Assembly (NCBI GenBank): GCA_951812545.1
Contig: OX638317.1
Coordinates: forward strand, 3,893,987-3,957,986
Source: an uncultured Latescibacterota bacterium
Lineage (GTDB): Bacteria; Latescibacterota; UBA2968
Length of the DNA: 64,000 nucleotides
Direction: 5' to 3'
In this document: piece by piece, positions 39,928 to 49,384 of the stretch
Position numbering within the stretch: the first letter of the stretch is position 1
Layout: each line of letters starts with the position of its first letter
Notes under the pieces: generated by a model
Database searches by the model: none
What the model saw: only the letters and a program-made list of their open reading frames with translations
What the model was told of the DNA's origin: nothing
Translations under genes and position numbers: made by a program

Positions 39928-40854
39928 CTACGAGAGAATCTCATCAACCTCCGCCATCTCCTCATCGCTGAGATGCCAACCAACAGTCGCAGCATTTGCC
40001 GTGACCTGTTCGGGCGTGGTAGCCCCCGCAATCACGGAACACACACAGGGATTGGCGAGAAGCCACGCAAAAGCCAGATCGAGAATGGTGTGATCGCGTT
40101 CCTTTGCAAATTCTTCCAACGCTTCCAGAATATCAAAATTCTTATCCGTGAACATCCCGCGGTCGCCCTCTGCCAAACGCGTACCCTCGGGCGGTGGTTC
40201 ATCCCGACGATATTTACCCGTGAGAAAACCACTTGCAAGGGGGAAATAGGGTAAAATGCCAATACCATAAGACTTGCAAAAAGGCACAAGCTCAGCCTCA
40301 ACCTCGCGATCGAGCATACTATAGCGGGGTTGCACAGTCGAAAATGGAACCAAATTCTTCTCACGCGAAGTCCAGACCGCCTCACACACCTCCCACGCCA
40401 TAAAATTGGAACAGCCGATATAGCGCACCTTGCCCTGAGCAACGAGATAGTCAAGCGCGTGCAAAGTCTCCTCAATAGGCGTATTGGAATCGGTCTGATG
40501 AATCTGATAAAGATCGATATAATCCGTATTGAGACGTCTGAGACTCTCCTCCACCTCTTTGAGAACATGATAGCGCGAATTGCCGCGCATATTCGGTCCG
40601 TCGCCCATACTCATCGACACCTTGGTCGCCAAAATAAACGCATCGCGCTTGCCCTTAATCGCCCGACCAATATAGGACTCCGACAGCGACCCCCCGTACA
40701 TATTAGCCGTATCGATAAACGTAATACCCTCATCCAGTGCCTGATTCATAACACGCGCCGTACCCCTGGCATCGAGACGCCTGCCAAAATTATTGGTCCC
40801 CAACCCAATCGCGGAAACCTGAAGCCCCGAATTGCCGAGTTGCCGATATTCCAT
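39928..40854 (-). CDS. Aldo/keto reductase
   Basis: VSAIGLGTNNFG, IDTANMY, LATKV, YIDLYQIH. Confidence 0.95.
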   Translation of the reverse strand: MEYRQLGNSGLQVSAIGLGTNNFGRRLDARGTARVMNQALDEGITFIDTANMYGGSLSESYIGRAIKGKRDAFILATKVSMSMGDGPNMRGNSRYHVLKEVEESLRRLNTDYIDLYQIHQTDSNTPIEETLHALDYLVAQGKVRYIGCSNFMAWEVCEAVWTSREKNLVPFSTVQPRYSMLDREVEAELVPFCKSYGIGILPYFPLASGFLTGKYRRDEPPPEGTRLAEGDRGMFTDKNFDILEALEEFAKERDHTILDLAFAWLLANPCVCSVIAGATTPEQVTANAATVGWHLSDEEMAEVDEILS

Positions 40855-40868
40855 CTTGAAACTCCTTA

Positions 40869-42050
40869 TCAAAAAATATCACCCTGATACAACTGCTGCA
40901 AAAACTCTGCGACAGGCAAAACATCCACACCATCAAAATGATAGCTCCGCTTGCCCGTATAAACGCCCACCATGCGATCAACGCAAATCTGTGGAGATTG
41001 ACTCATATCGCGCATCTGGCGTTCCCAGCGTCTATCCCACCGCTCAGACAGCTTAACTTCGAGACACACCACATGCGCCCGAGAAGATACCGTTCGCTTG
41101 CGCGTTTCAATAACAAAATCGATTTCTCCCCCTGTAGCCGTGCGATAAAATGCGATAGGACGGTGTCTTTCTCGCGTGTGATTGTACACGCGCAACTCGT
41201 GATAAATCAACGTCTCCAACGCCGTTCCCAACCAGACGCGATCAAGCGGATCATCAAGCAATCCCGCGGCTGCACGCGCAACCCCCGGGTCGAACCAGTA
41301 AAATTTGGGTCGGGTTTGTTCCCGAACTTTAATATTCGGGCGATAAGCCAGGAGTTTGTACCCCAAAAGCGTATCTTCCAGAATCGAAAAATAGATATCG
41401 ATACTGCTGCGAGAAACCGCTGCATCTCGCGCGAGACTTTGCGCATTAACCTGCTGGGCATTAATCTGACCAGCAATACTTAAAAATCGGAGAAAAGGGG
41501 GCAGATTGCGCACAACCCCCTCTTCTTTAATCTCTTCTCTAATATAGGTATTAACATAAGCATCGAGAATATCGCGGGCATACTTGCGGTCTAATTGCAC
41601 AGAGGGCAACATGCCGTATTGCAGTGAAAAATCGAGGTCAAAAAGCGCGCCGAGCTCTGCGCTACTAAACGATTCCATATGGCGTGTAATTGCGCGCCCC
41701 GCAAGCAAATTAGTACCACCCCGGCGCAGTTTGCGCGCAGAAGAACCGCAAAGCACGAACCGCCACCGCTTGTTTTCAATCAACCGATGAACCTCATTCA
41801 GCAAAGCGGGAATTTTTTGGACTTCATCCAGGACTACCCAGGTCTGCTCTGGACGATCACCGATCAGCGCCTCGAGGTGATGGGGTGACTGAGAAAGCTC
41901 AAAATAAAGTGAAGAATCGAGCAAATCGAGATAAATCGCACCGGGCAAAACCTGACGCAAATAGGTACTTTTGCCTGTTGAGCGCGGACCAAAAAGAAAA
42001 AATGAGCGATCGGGTAATGCCAGAAGGCGTTTTAATAAAGTATTTTCCAT
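40869..42050 (-). CDS. AAA ATPase with DUF4143-like domain
   Basis: GPRSTGKS, LDEVQK, GSS, NLLAGR, KFYWFDPG, EIDFVIE...EVK. Confidence 0.9.
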   Translation of the reverse strand: MENTLLKRLLALPDRSFFLFGPRSTGKSTYLRQVLPGAIYLDLLDSSLYFELSQSPHHLEALIGDRPEQTWVVLDEVQKIPALLNEVHRLIENKRWRFVLCGSSARKLRRGGTNLLAGRAITRHMESFSSAELGALFDLDFSLQYGMLPSVQLDRKYARDILDAYVNTYIREEIKEEGVVRNLPPFLRFLSIAGQINAQQVNAQSLARDAAVSRSSIDIYFSILEDTLLGYKLLAYRPNIKVREQTRPKFYWFDPGVARAAAGLLDDPLDRVWLGTALETLIYHELRVYNHTRERHRPIAFYRTATGGEIDFVIETRKRTVSSRAHVVCLEVKLSERWDRRWERQMRDMSQSPQICVDRMVGVYTGKRSYHFDGVDVLPVAEFLQQLYQGDIF

Positions 42051-42052
42051 AT

Positions 42053-42115
42053 TGCAAATTTACAAGATTATTGTAAAAAAACAATGCAAATTTACAAAAC
42101 TGTTGTAAATTTGCA
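42053..42115. promoter_or_regulatory. Direct and inverted 13-bp repeats (operator-like)
   Basis: TGCAAATTTACAA at 42053 and 42085; inverted copy at 42103-42115. Confidence 0.6.
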
Positions 42116-42163
42116 ATCTATTAGAGACAAATGGACCCCGTAAAGGCAAACCCTTATATCTAA

Positions 42164-42973
42164 TCAAAAGGAATAAGATGCAGAGAGGGACAAAGGCGTA
42201 TGGGAGCGATTGAATTTGAGGCGGTCCAATGGGATAGATTGCCACGTCTCGTAGCTGGCGAGTTTGCCAATAATACTACCGACACCGGCACCGACCAGAG
42301 AAATAACAACAGTTTTTGGACTTAGAACAATATTGGCAAGCGCTGACCACCCGGTCTCGGTACTCCTGTTCAAATCGGACGAAGAAAAAATGACACCAAT
42401 ACAGAAACCCGTAACCAAACCGGCTTTGAAGCCCTTCCCGATATGGGACGTCTTGCTCAGATTAATCGACAGTTGATCGAGTTCTGAAACTGTCAACGTT
42501 TTGTGCTCATCGCGCTTATGCGTATCTGCCAAAACGAGCAAAGAGTCGCTTACACTCGCAATAATACCCTTAAACTGGCTATCTGCTGCTTCCACAATGC
42601 CAATAACGGCTCGATGCCCGGGTATAACGCCAGTCCGAGTCAAAAATCCACGCGCCTGGGGATTGAACTGCACGGCGATTCTTTTCGTTTTCTTTACACG
42701 CAGATGATCAATAGACCGGTAGGTAATACGGCGTCTATAGGGCAATTGATTTGTGATGATTGTAACCGCATACCCCTGTGTGCGATTGATATAGCCTCGA
42801 AACCGCTTTTTTTGCGCACCGATAAAATACGCACCCTCGACATACGTCCCGATATCGAGATTTTTTATTTTTTCACTTACATCACTCGCATAACTCTGTG
42901 TACAAAGCTGTCCCAGCAGAAATATCAGAAGTATTGAACAGATCTTAAAGGCGGGGAAAAAAAAGGAAGACAA
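42164..42973 (-). CDS. Hypothetical exported/membrane protein
   Basis: Signal peptide, glycine-zipper hydrophobic segments, terminal Phe. Confidence 0.65.
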   Translation of the reverse strand: MSSFFFPAFKICSILLIFLLGQLCTQSYASDVSEKIKNLDIGTYVEGAYFIGAQKKRFRGYINRTQGYAVTIITNQLPYRRRITYRSIDHLRVKKTKRIAVQFNPQARGFLTRTGVIPGHRAVIGIVEAADSQFKGIIASVSDSLLVLADTHKRDEHKTLTVSELDQLSINLSKTSHIGKGFKAGLVTGFCIGVIFSSSDLNRSTETGWSALANIVLSPKTVVISLVGAGVGSIIGKLASYETWQSIPLDRLKFNRSHTPLSLSASYSF

Positions 42974-42999
42974 GATAAACGATCCATGAATGGAAAATA

Positions 43000-43362
43000 T
43001 TACGTTTTGTCTTTGGACGGAATATAGCGGTTGGCGAGTTCGACATAATCCTCGCGAATCGGCGAGAAAATATCGAGAGCGACACAGGGACCATCTACTG
43101 CCTCAGCCCGGTGTGGCACATGGGCGGGAATCAGAAAAGCTTCGCCGGGTTCTACCGTGCGGGTCTCACCATCAATAGTGAACTTCATCCTCCCCTCGAG
43201 CATCATACCCCCCTGCTCATGGGGATGACTGTGCATCGGCACGACAGCACCCGCATCAAACTCAACGCGAGAAAGCATCAAATTTTCGCCATAAGGCGTC
43301 CGAATGCGTACACCTGGCGCCACTTCATTAGCGGGATACTTATCCCAATCAATAAATGACAT
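43000..43362 (-). CDS. Cupin-domain protein
   Basis: PMHSHPHEQ...IPAHVPH; DIFSPIRED. Confidence 0.88.
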   Translation of the reverse strand: MSFIDWDKYPANEVAPGVRIRTPYGENLMLSRVEFDAGAVVPMHSHPHEQGGMMLEGRMKFTIDGETRTVEPGEAFLIPAHVPHRAEAVDGPCVALDIFSPIREDYVELANRYIPSKDKT

Positions 43363-43363
43363 T

Positions 43364-43615
43364 TTATACAGCTCTCGAAAAGTGTCCAACAGGGATATTT
43401 TCTGTCCTCTCAGGAAACTGAGCACCTGTAGCAATATCGTGAACCGCATGCAAAAGTTCTGCAGAGTAATAGCGATTGCCACATGAATCACAAACACCGA
43501 CCATGACATCTTCTAAAATTACAAATCCATTTTTATGTTTAAATACTTCGCTTTCTAATGGCTTTGCCTGTACTGTTCCATCACAATAATCGCATTGATA
43601 TCCGTACATTTGCAT
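43364..43615 (-). CDS. YgiT/MqsA-type zinc-finger protein
   Basis: CDYC...VCDSCGNRYYS. Confidence 0.8.
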   Translation of the reverse strand: MQMYGYQCDYCDGTVQAKPLESEVFKHKNGFVILEDVMVGVCDSCGNRYYSAELLHAVHDIATGAQFPERTENIPVGHFSRAV

Positions 43616-43623
43616 ATTATCCC

Positions 43624-44067
43624 TCAAGTTGACGCACGCGCCTCCGCGTCAATCGCGCCAAAGAGTTGCCGCGTCATCAAACGGGCAGCGCTGGCGTGCA
43701 TGCGCTGTCCCACAGCGGCGATTGGCCCACCGATTTGCACATCGCCCTCAAACGTAATCTGCGTATTCTCGCCTTCAGGGGCGAGTTCCACAACGCCCTG
43801 CCCCTTGACGAATCCCGTCGTGCCCTTGATATCGACCACCATCGTATAGCGCTCGGGCGGTTGAATATCTGAAAGCGTGACACTACCCGTGTATTTGCCG
43901 CGAACAGGACCAATCCCTGCGGAAACAGCCATATCGTAAACGCCCTCTGCCCTGTGTTCCAGCTTATCGCAACCGGGCATACAACGAGCGAGCACCTCGG
44001 GATCGACAAGCAACTCAAAAGTGCGTTCAACAGCAGCGCCAATAATATGTGTACCAGAGAGTTTCAA
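43624..44067 (-). CDS. coxG: CoxG/SRPBCC protein
   Basis: DPEVLARCMPGC; GGPIAAVGQR. Confidence 0.88.
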   Translation of the reverse strand: MKLSGTHIIGAAVERTFELLVDPEVLARCMPGCDKLEHRAEGVYDMAVSAGIGPVRGKYTGSVTLSDIQPPERYTMVVDIKGTTGFVKGQGVVELAPEGENTQITFEGDVQIGGPIAAVGQRMHASAARLMTRQLFGAIDAEARAST

Positions 44068-44131
44068 AACGACTCCTTAGAAGCTATAAAAAACACGCCC
44101 CCCTTCCCCGAAAGAGAAGGGGGGCGTAAAA

Positions 44132-44989
44132 TCAAGCTGCGCGTTCAATTGCCTGGCTCAACGCCCGTTGTGTAAACACGCGAGCCAAATGGGCGCGGTA
44201 ATCGCCAGAAGCGTGGTGATCTTCCTGAAACTCTTCCACGCCATCAGCCGCATGGGCTGACGCATTGGCAACAGCGTCAATACCCTGCCCCACAAGCGCG
44301 TCTTCGACCGCATGTGCGCGGTACGCCGCAGGCGCAACACCTGTAACACCCACAGCCACAGAAGCGCAGTTGCCCGCATCATCCAAAGTGACCTGAGCCG
44401 CAACGCCTGCAAGGGCAAAACCGGACGCAGATTGTCGCATCTTGACATACGCACCACCCGAATTCTCGGGCGGCGTGGCAATGCGAATACCCGTGAGGAC
44501 CTCGCCCGGTTGTAAATCCGTAATAAAAAGATCCACAAAAAAATCAGACGCAGCAACCGCGCGTTCACCACCTGGCCCACCAATATCGAATTGTGCATCG
44601 AGGGCGAGCATAGTCGCCGGCCAATCCGCAGCCGGGTCGGCATGGGCAATACTCCCGCCCACAGTACCTCGATTCCGCACCTGCGCATCGCCAATTTCTG
44701 CTGCGGTCTCGGGCAAAAGTAAACACTTCGAAGGCAATAAGCGATGGCTTTCCACAGCATAATGCGTGGCCAGAGCACCAATGGTAATGATCTCATTGCC
44801 CGCAGTCACTCTTTTTAAGCCAGCTATGCCGCTCAGGTCAATAACGACCGAAGGCGCGGCAAGACGCAATTTCATAGACGGAATCAGACTGTGACCGCCC
44901 GCCAGTACTTTGGCATCATCGCCGAACGCCTGCACCAGACGCATCGCGCTTCTCAGAGTTTTGGGTGCGTGGTAATCAAAGGGGGTCAT
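44132..44989 (-). CDS. coxM: Molybdenum hydroxylase FAD subunit (CoxM-like)
   Basis: LAGGHSLIP, QVRNRGTVGGSIAHADPAAD. Confidence 0.92.
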   Translation of the reverse strand: MTPFDYHAPKTLRSAMRLVQAFGDDAKVLAGGHSLIPSMKLRLAAPSVVIDLSGIAGLKRVTAGNEIITIGALATHYAVESHRLLPSKCLLLPETAAEIGDAQVRNRGTVGGSIAHADPAADWPATMLALDAQFDIGGPGGERAVAASDFFVDLFITDLQPGEVLTGIRIATPPENSGGAYVKMRQSASGFALAGVAAQVTLDDAGNCASVAVGVTGVAPAAYRAHAVEDALVGQGIDAVANASAHAADGVEEFQEDHHASGDYRAHLARVFTQRALSQAIERAA

Positions 44990-44992
44990 TGT

Positions 44993-47326
44993 TCAAGTCT
45001 CCTGCATGAGTTTCCAGAGTTTTTCAGGACGCAAAGGCAGATCGATATGCCGCACGCCAAAAGGTTTTAGCGCGTCAATCACCGCATTGGCTATCGCGGG
45101 CGTAGAACCAATCGTACCCGCTTCGCCCACACCTTTGACACCCATCGGATTAACGGGTGAAGGCGTAACCGTATTTGCCAATTCAAAGCGCGGGAAATTG
45201 TGCGCTTTGGGCAAAGCATAATCCATAAATGAACCGGTGATCATCTGCCCGCTTTCATCGTAAATGGCTTCCTCGTAAAGGGCTTGTCCCACCCCCTGTG
45301 CAATACCGCCGTGCACCTGGCCTTCAACAATCAGCGGATTAATAATATTCCCGCAATCGTCAACGGCGATATAACGCTGCATCTCGACCTCACCCGTATC
45401 GGCATCGACCTCAACCACGGCGATATGGGTACCAAACGGATAGGTAAAGTTTGGCGGCTCAAAAAAATGCGATTCGACGAGACCGGGTTCTGTGCCCTCG
45501 GGAAGTTGCACACCCACATGCGCCACCATCGCGATTTCACTCAAAGTGAGACCCGACTCGGGCGCTCCCTGAACGCAGTATTTGCCGTCTTCAATCACAA
45601 TATCCTGCGGATTGCTCTCCAGCAGATGCGCGGCGATATTGATCACTTTGTCTTTCACCTTGCCCATCGCGTAAACCATCGCCGTACCACCCACAGCCGT
45701 CGCGCGACTACCAAATGTACCAATACCGTATTGCACAGTATCGGTATCGCCGTGGATAATGCGAATATCGTCAATATCAACACCCAGACCATCGGCAATA
45801 AGCTGGGCAAAAGTGGTCTCCTGTCCCTGTCCGTGAGGCGATACACCCGTGAGCACAGTCACCTTGCCCGTGGGATCTACACGCACAGTACTGCTTTCCC
45901 AACCACCCGCGGGCATCGCAGCAGAAGGACCCATCCCGCAGATCTCCACATACGTGGAAAATCCAATACCGAGGTATCGTCCCTCTTCGCGCAATTTTGC
46001 CTGCTGCTCGCGCAAAGCCTCGTAATCCGCCATCTTAAGCGCCTTGTCGAGCGCGGCCGTATAGTCGCCACTATCATAAGCCACAGCGGTTCCCGTTTCA
46101 TACGGGAAAGCGTCTTTGCCAATAAAGTTTTTGCGCCGCACCTCCAGAGGATCCAGATCCAGATCGTGCGCCACCACATCAATCATGCGTTCGATGAGAT
46201 ACGTAGCTTCGGGACGCCCCGCACCTCGATAGGCATCCGTCGCCATCTTATTGGTAAAAGCGGCTGTGAGATTCATCTGCACATTTTTAAATGTGTAAGA
46301 ACCGCACAACATCAATCCCGTCAGCGTGGGAATGGCCGGCGTGAGCAATTGATAATAAGCCCCCACATCAGCCGAAACCGTGTATTTGAGACCGAGAATC
46401 GTGCCATCGTTTTTGACCGCGAGTTCGACATCCCCGGTCTGATCGCGTCCGTGAATCGTGTGCAAAAAGTTCTCACGGCGACCTTCTATCCACTTGACGG
46501 GCTGCACGAGATATTTCGCCATATGCCCGAGCAGGGCTTCTTCGGCATACACATTGAGTTTGCAACCAAAGCCACCGCCCACTTCGGGCGCGATAACGCG
46601 CACATGATTTTCGGCCATATTGAGCATAACGGATATTTGCGTGCGCAAAAGATGGGGAATTTGCGTGGATGACCACAAGTTAAGCTGGTCTTTGCCAGGC
46701 AGATATTGGGCAACCACACCCCGCGTCTCCATTGGGTTGGGAACCAGACGTTGATGATCAATCCGCTGGCTGACGACTTGATCGGCTTCGGCAAAAGCCG
46801 CGTCAATATCGCCCCCGGCAATGCTCCAGGTAAAAGCCATATTATCGTCCCAATCTTCGTGGATAATAGGCGCATCATCGGCAAAAGCCGCATCAGCCGA
46901 ATTGATAGCATCGAGAGGTTCATAATCGACCTCAATCAAATCCAGTGCATCCTGGGCAATGTACGCATCAGTCGCTGCAACAGCGACGACGGGTTCGCCA
47001 ACAAAACGCACCTTTCCAGTTGCAAGCACGGGATGGTGAGGCACCTTAATACCGGGAAACCCGTCCGGATCTGTAGCCGCACAGGGAATCCCACCAATGA
47101 CGTCTTTGACATCTTCGCCAGTGACAACAGACTTGACACCGGATAAATTTTGAGCCGCATCGGTATTAATACCATTGATACGCGCATGAGCATAAGGGCT
47201 TCGCAAAATCGCGACATGCAACAAATTGGGCAGCCTAATGTCATCGACATAATGTGCAAGGCCCTGAATCAATCGGGGATCTTCGCGGCGCTTAATACGG
47301 GCGCCAACAGATTTGCTAACAGGCAT
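44993..47326 (-). CDS. coxL: Molybdenum hydroxylase large subunit (form II CoxL-like)
   Basis: AYRGAGR active-site motif; GVKGVGEAG. Confidence 0.9.
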   Translation of the reverse strand: MPVSKSVGARIKRREDPRLIQGLAHYVDDIRLPNLLHVAILRSPYAHARINGINTDAAQNLSGVKSVVTGEDVKDVIGGIPCAATDPDGFPGIKVPHHPVLATGKVRFVGEPVVAVAATDAYIAQDALDLIEVDYEPLDAINSADAAFADDAPIIHEDWDDNMAFTWSIAGGDIDAAFAEADQVVSQRIDHQRLVPNPMETRGVVAQYLPGKDQLNLWSSTQIPHLLRTQISVMLNMAENHVRVIAPEVGGGFGCKLNVYAEEALLGHMAKYLVQPVKWIEGRRENFLHTIHGRDQTGDVELAVKNDGTILGLKYTVSADVGAYYQLLTPAIPTLTGLMLCGSYTFKNVQMNLTAAFTNKMATDAYRGAGRPEATYLIERMIDVVAHDLDLDPLEVRRKNFIGKDAFPYETGTAVAYDSGDYTAALDKALKMADYEALREQQAKLREEGRYLGIGFSTYVEICGMGPSAAMPAGGWESSTVRVDPTGKVTVLTGVSPHGQGQETTFAQLIADGLGVDIDDIRIIHGDTDTVQYGIGTFGSRATAVGGTAMVYAMGKVKDKVINIAAHLLESNPQDIVIEDGKYCVQGAPESGLTLSEIAMVAHVGVQLPEGTEPGLVESHFFEPPNFTYPFGTHIAVVEVDADTGEVEMQRYIAVDDCGNIINPLIVEGQVHGGIAQGVGQALYEEAIYDESGQMITGSFMDYALPKAHNFPRFELANTVTPSPVNPMGVKGVGEAGTIGSTPAIANAVIDALKPFGVRHIDLPLRPEKLWKLMQET

Positions 47327-47336
47327 GGGGCGCCTC

Positions 47337-47801
47337 CTATGTGGTCATTTTTTTCGATGCGTATTGAACCGCATCGACAATGTGTTGATACCCTGTACAG
47401 CGGCACAAATTGCCTTCTATACCGCGTCGAATATCGGCTTCGCTGGGTTTGGGATTGCGTTCTAAAAGCTGGTGCGCGGCAATAATCATGCCCGGGGTGC
47501 AAAAACCGCATTGCAATCCGTGACATTCCCAGAAGCCTTCCTGAATAGGGTGCAATTCACCATTTTGGGCAAAGCCCTCAATAGTAGTAATTTCAGCACC
47601 ATTGGCTTGCACTGCCAAAACCGTACACGATTTGACAGCATCTCCATTGAGCATCACACTGCACGCACCACAAAGGCTGGTCTCACAGCCCACATGCGTA
47701 CCAGTAAGCCCGACGACATCGCGCAAAAAATGCACGAGCAACATCCGCGGTTCTACGTCGTAGCTTTGATGCTCCCCGTTCACAGTGACTTCAATTTTCA
47801 C
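47337..47801 (-). CDS. coxS: 2Fe-2S subunit (CoxS-like)
   Basis: [26 protein letters not shown]; GTG start at 47801. Confidence 0.92.
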   Translation of the reverse strand: MKIEVTVNGEHQSYDVEPRMLLVHFLRDVVGLTGTHVGCETSLCGACSVMLNGDAVKSCTVLAVQANGAEITTIEGFAQNGELHPIQEGFWECHGLQCGFCTPGMIIAAHQLLERNPKPSEADIRRGIEGNLCRCTGYQHIVDAVQYASKKMTT

Positions 47802-47955
47802 GCAAGCCTCCTTTGAAAAGGGGGGAAGAAAAAATAGACTTACACTCTGTCGCAAGATATGGCGCATGAGAACGCGATGCAAATAGTTTCTATAACGCAC
47901 AGGTGAACCATCTTGTGATACGACCCGTTTTACACTGTGCCATCGCTTCATTAAT

Positions 47956-49098
47956 TTATTTTTTTTCTTTATCTAATTTTTCAAGGGCTTTGCGGGCAGA
48001 TGCTTGTTTGGGCCTCCACTTGAGAGCAGTTTGGAACGCTTCGCGAGCCTTCTGGATTTCGTTTTGATGAAGATAAATTTGGCCCATCCGGTTATATGCC
48101 TTACCTCTTGTTCGGTCTGAACCTGGTGGTAGAATTTGCAGACATTCTTTGAAATATTCAAGACCGAGGTCAAGTCTGTCTCCAGATTCTGCAGATCGGC
48201 GTCCTAACGTGTATAATGATCTCCATTTACGTCCTTGAAATATTATTATCTTTTCAAATGATGAAATAGTTGTATCGCGCCTTACCGATAGGGAATCGAC
48301 CGTTATCTGGAGACATTGTTCCGCAGCGCGATATGCTCGGTCAAGTTTTTTGAGACTCAAAAAATATGAACTGAGCGTGTTTAAGGCACGACTGGAAAAA
48401 GGGTGTTGCTGCACATAAGATTCGAGCAACTCAACGGCTTCTTCACGACGTTCTGTTCGACTGAGATACCCACTAAGCTGTAAAACGAGCAAGTCATTGG
48501 ACGGGTCTTTTTTTAACGCGGATCTCAATTCTCGTTCGGCTTTATCCCACTCATCCTTGCTGCCATAAATTTGAGATTGTGCTAAATGCCCTCTGATGGG
48601 ATCGCGCATCTTAATCTGATCGGCCTGATTCTGGGCTTCTTCTTTTTTCCCTCCCAAAATACCCGGAGCATTGAGGTGATATCCTATCAAGTAAAACCGT
48701 GCTTGAATGTGATCCGGGTCTAAAGCAAGAGCTTTTTCAGCAGCTTTTCTTGCATTGCGGGCGTGTCCAGGTTTTCTGAAAATGCTGGCTTTGATTGCTT
48801 TTTGACCATACATTTGCGCCAGCCAATAATAATAATCGGCATTGGGGGGACTGAATTTAGCGACTTTCTTAAAATGGTCAAAGGCATCATCTGTTCTGCC
48901 ATCCCAAGCTGCTAACCGACCCAGAAGAAAGTGTATCTGGTCTTTATCGGACGATGTTTTTAAGAGCGTTTGTAAATGCGCCTCTGCTTTCTCATAGTGT
49001 CCCGCAATAAAAGCGTCGAAAACCTGGCGCAACGACGCATCGACCTGTCCCGCCGAGAGCAGAATCCATAAAGCCAGAATGAAATATCTCAAACGCAT
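47956..49098 (-). CDS. Exported TPR protein
   Basis: Signal peptide and multiple TPR-like helices. Confidence 0.82.
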   Translation of the reverse strand: MRLRYFILALWILLSAGQVDASLRQVFDAFIAGHYEKAEAHLQTLLKTSSDKDQIHFLLGRLAAWDGRTDDAFDHFKKVAKFSPPNADYYYWLAQMYGQKAIKASIFRKPGHARNARKAAEKALALDPDHIQARFYLIGYHLNAPGILGGKKEEAQNQADQIKMRDPIRGHLAQSQIYGSKDEWDKAERELRSALKKDPSNDLLVLQLSGYLSRTERREEAVELLESYVQQHPFSSRALNTLSSYFLSLKKLDRAYRAAEQCLQITVDSLSVRRDTTISSFEKIIIFQGRKWRSLYTLGRRSAESGDRLDLGLEYFKECLQILPPGSDRTRGKAYNRMGQIYLHQNEIQKAREAFQTALKWRPKQASARKALEKLDKEKK

Positions 49099-49115
49099 TA
49101 GTTTTAATCCCTTAT

Positions 49116-49360
49116 ACGTCATGTGTGACTTACATGATCAGTGGTCAGTTGCACTGTCATTCTGAGCGGAGCGTAGCGGAGTCGAAGGAGCGGGGTACAA
49201 CTGGCCGCTTCTCAGGCCAGTTCATCTGCTGCCTGAACGGTGTGCCTGGGTAAAAGATGCTTCGTCAGCCTATCGGGTGTTGGGCGCAGAAGATTCATTG
49301 CGCCCGCCTCAGCATGACATAGCGTAGTAGCACATTCACTTTTGAAGTCACACATCGCGT
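49116..49360. mobile_element. MITE family A, copy 3 (inverted, with two nested hairpin insertions)
   Basis: TIRs ACGTCATGTGTGACTT / AAGTCACACATCGCGT; 9-bp TSD ATCCCTTAT. Confidence 0.9.
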
Positions 49361-49384
49361 ATCCCTTATATAAGAAGGAAAACT

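Noticed and set aside
45284-46672. 462-aa + strand ORF (similarly 57474-58466, 61356-62291, 29306-30166)
   Set aside because: These are antisense shadows of well-conserved genes with no recognisable motifs.
44993-47326. Bona fide form I aerobic CO dehydrogenase
   Set aside because: The motif is AYRGAGR rather than AYxCSFR, and the gene order is S-L-M.
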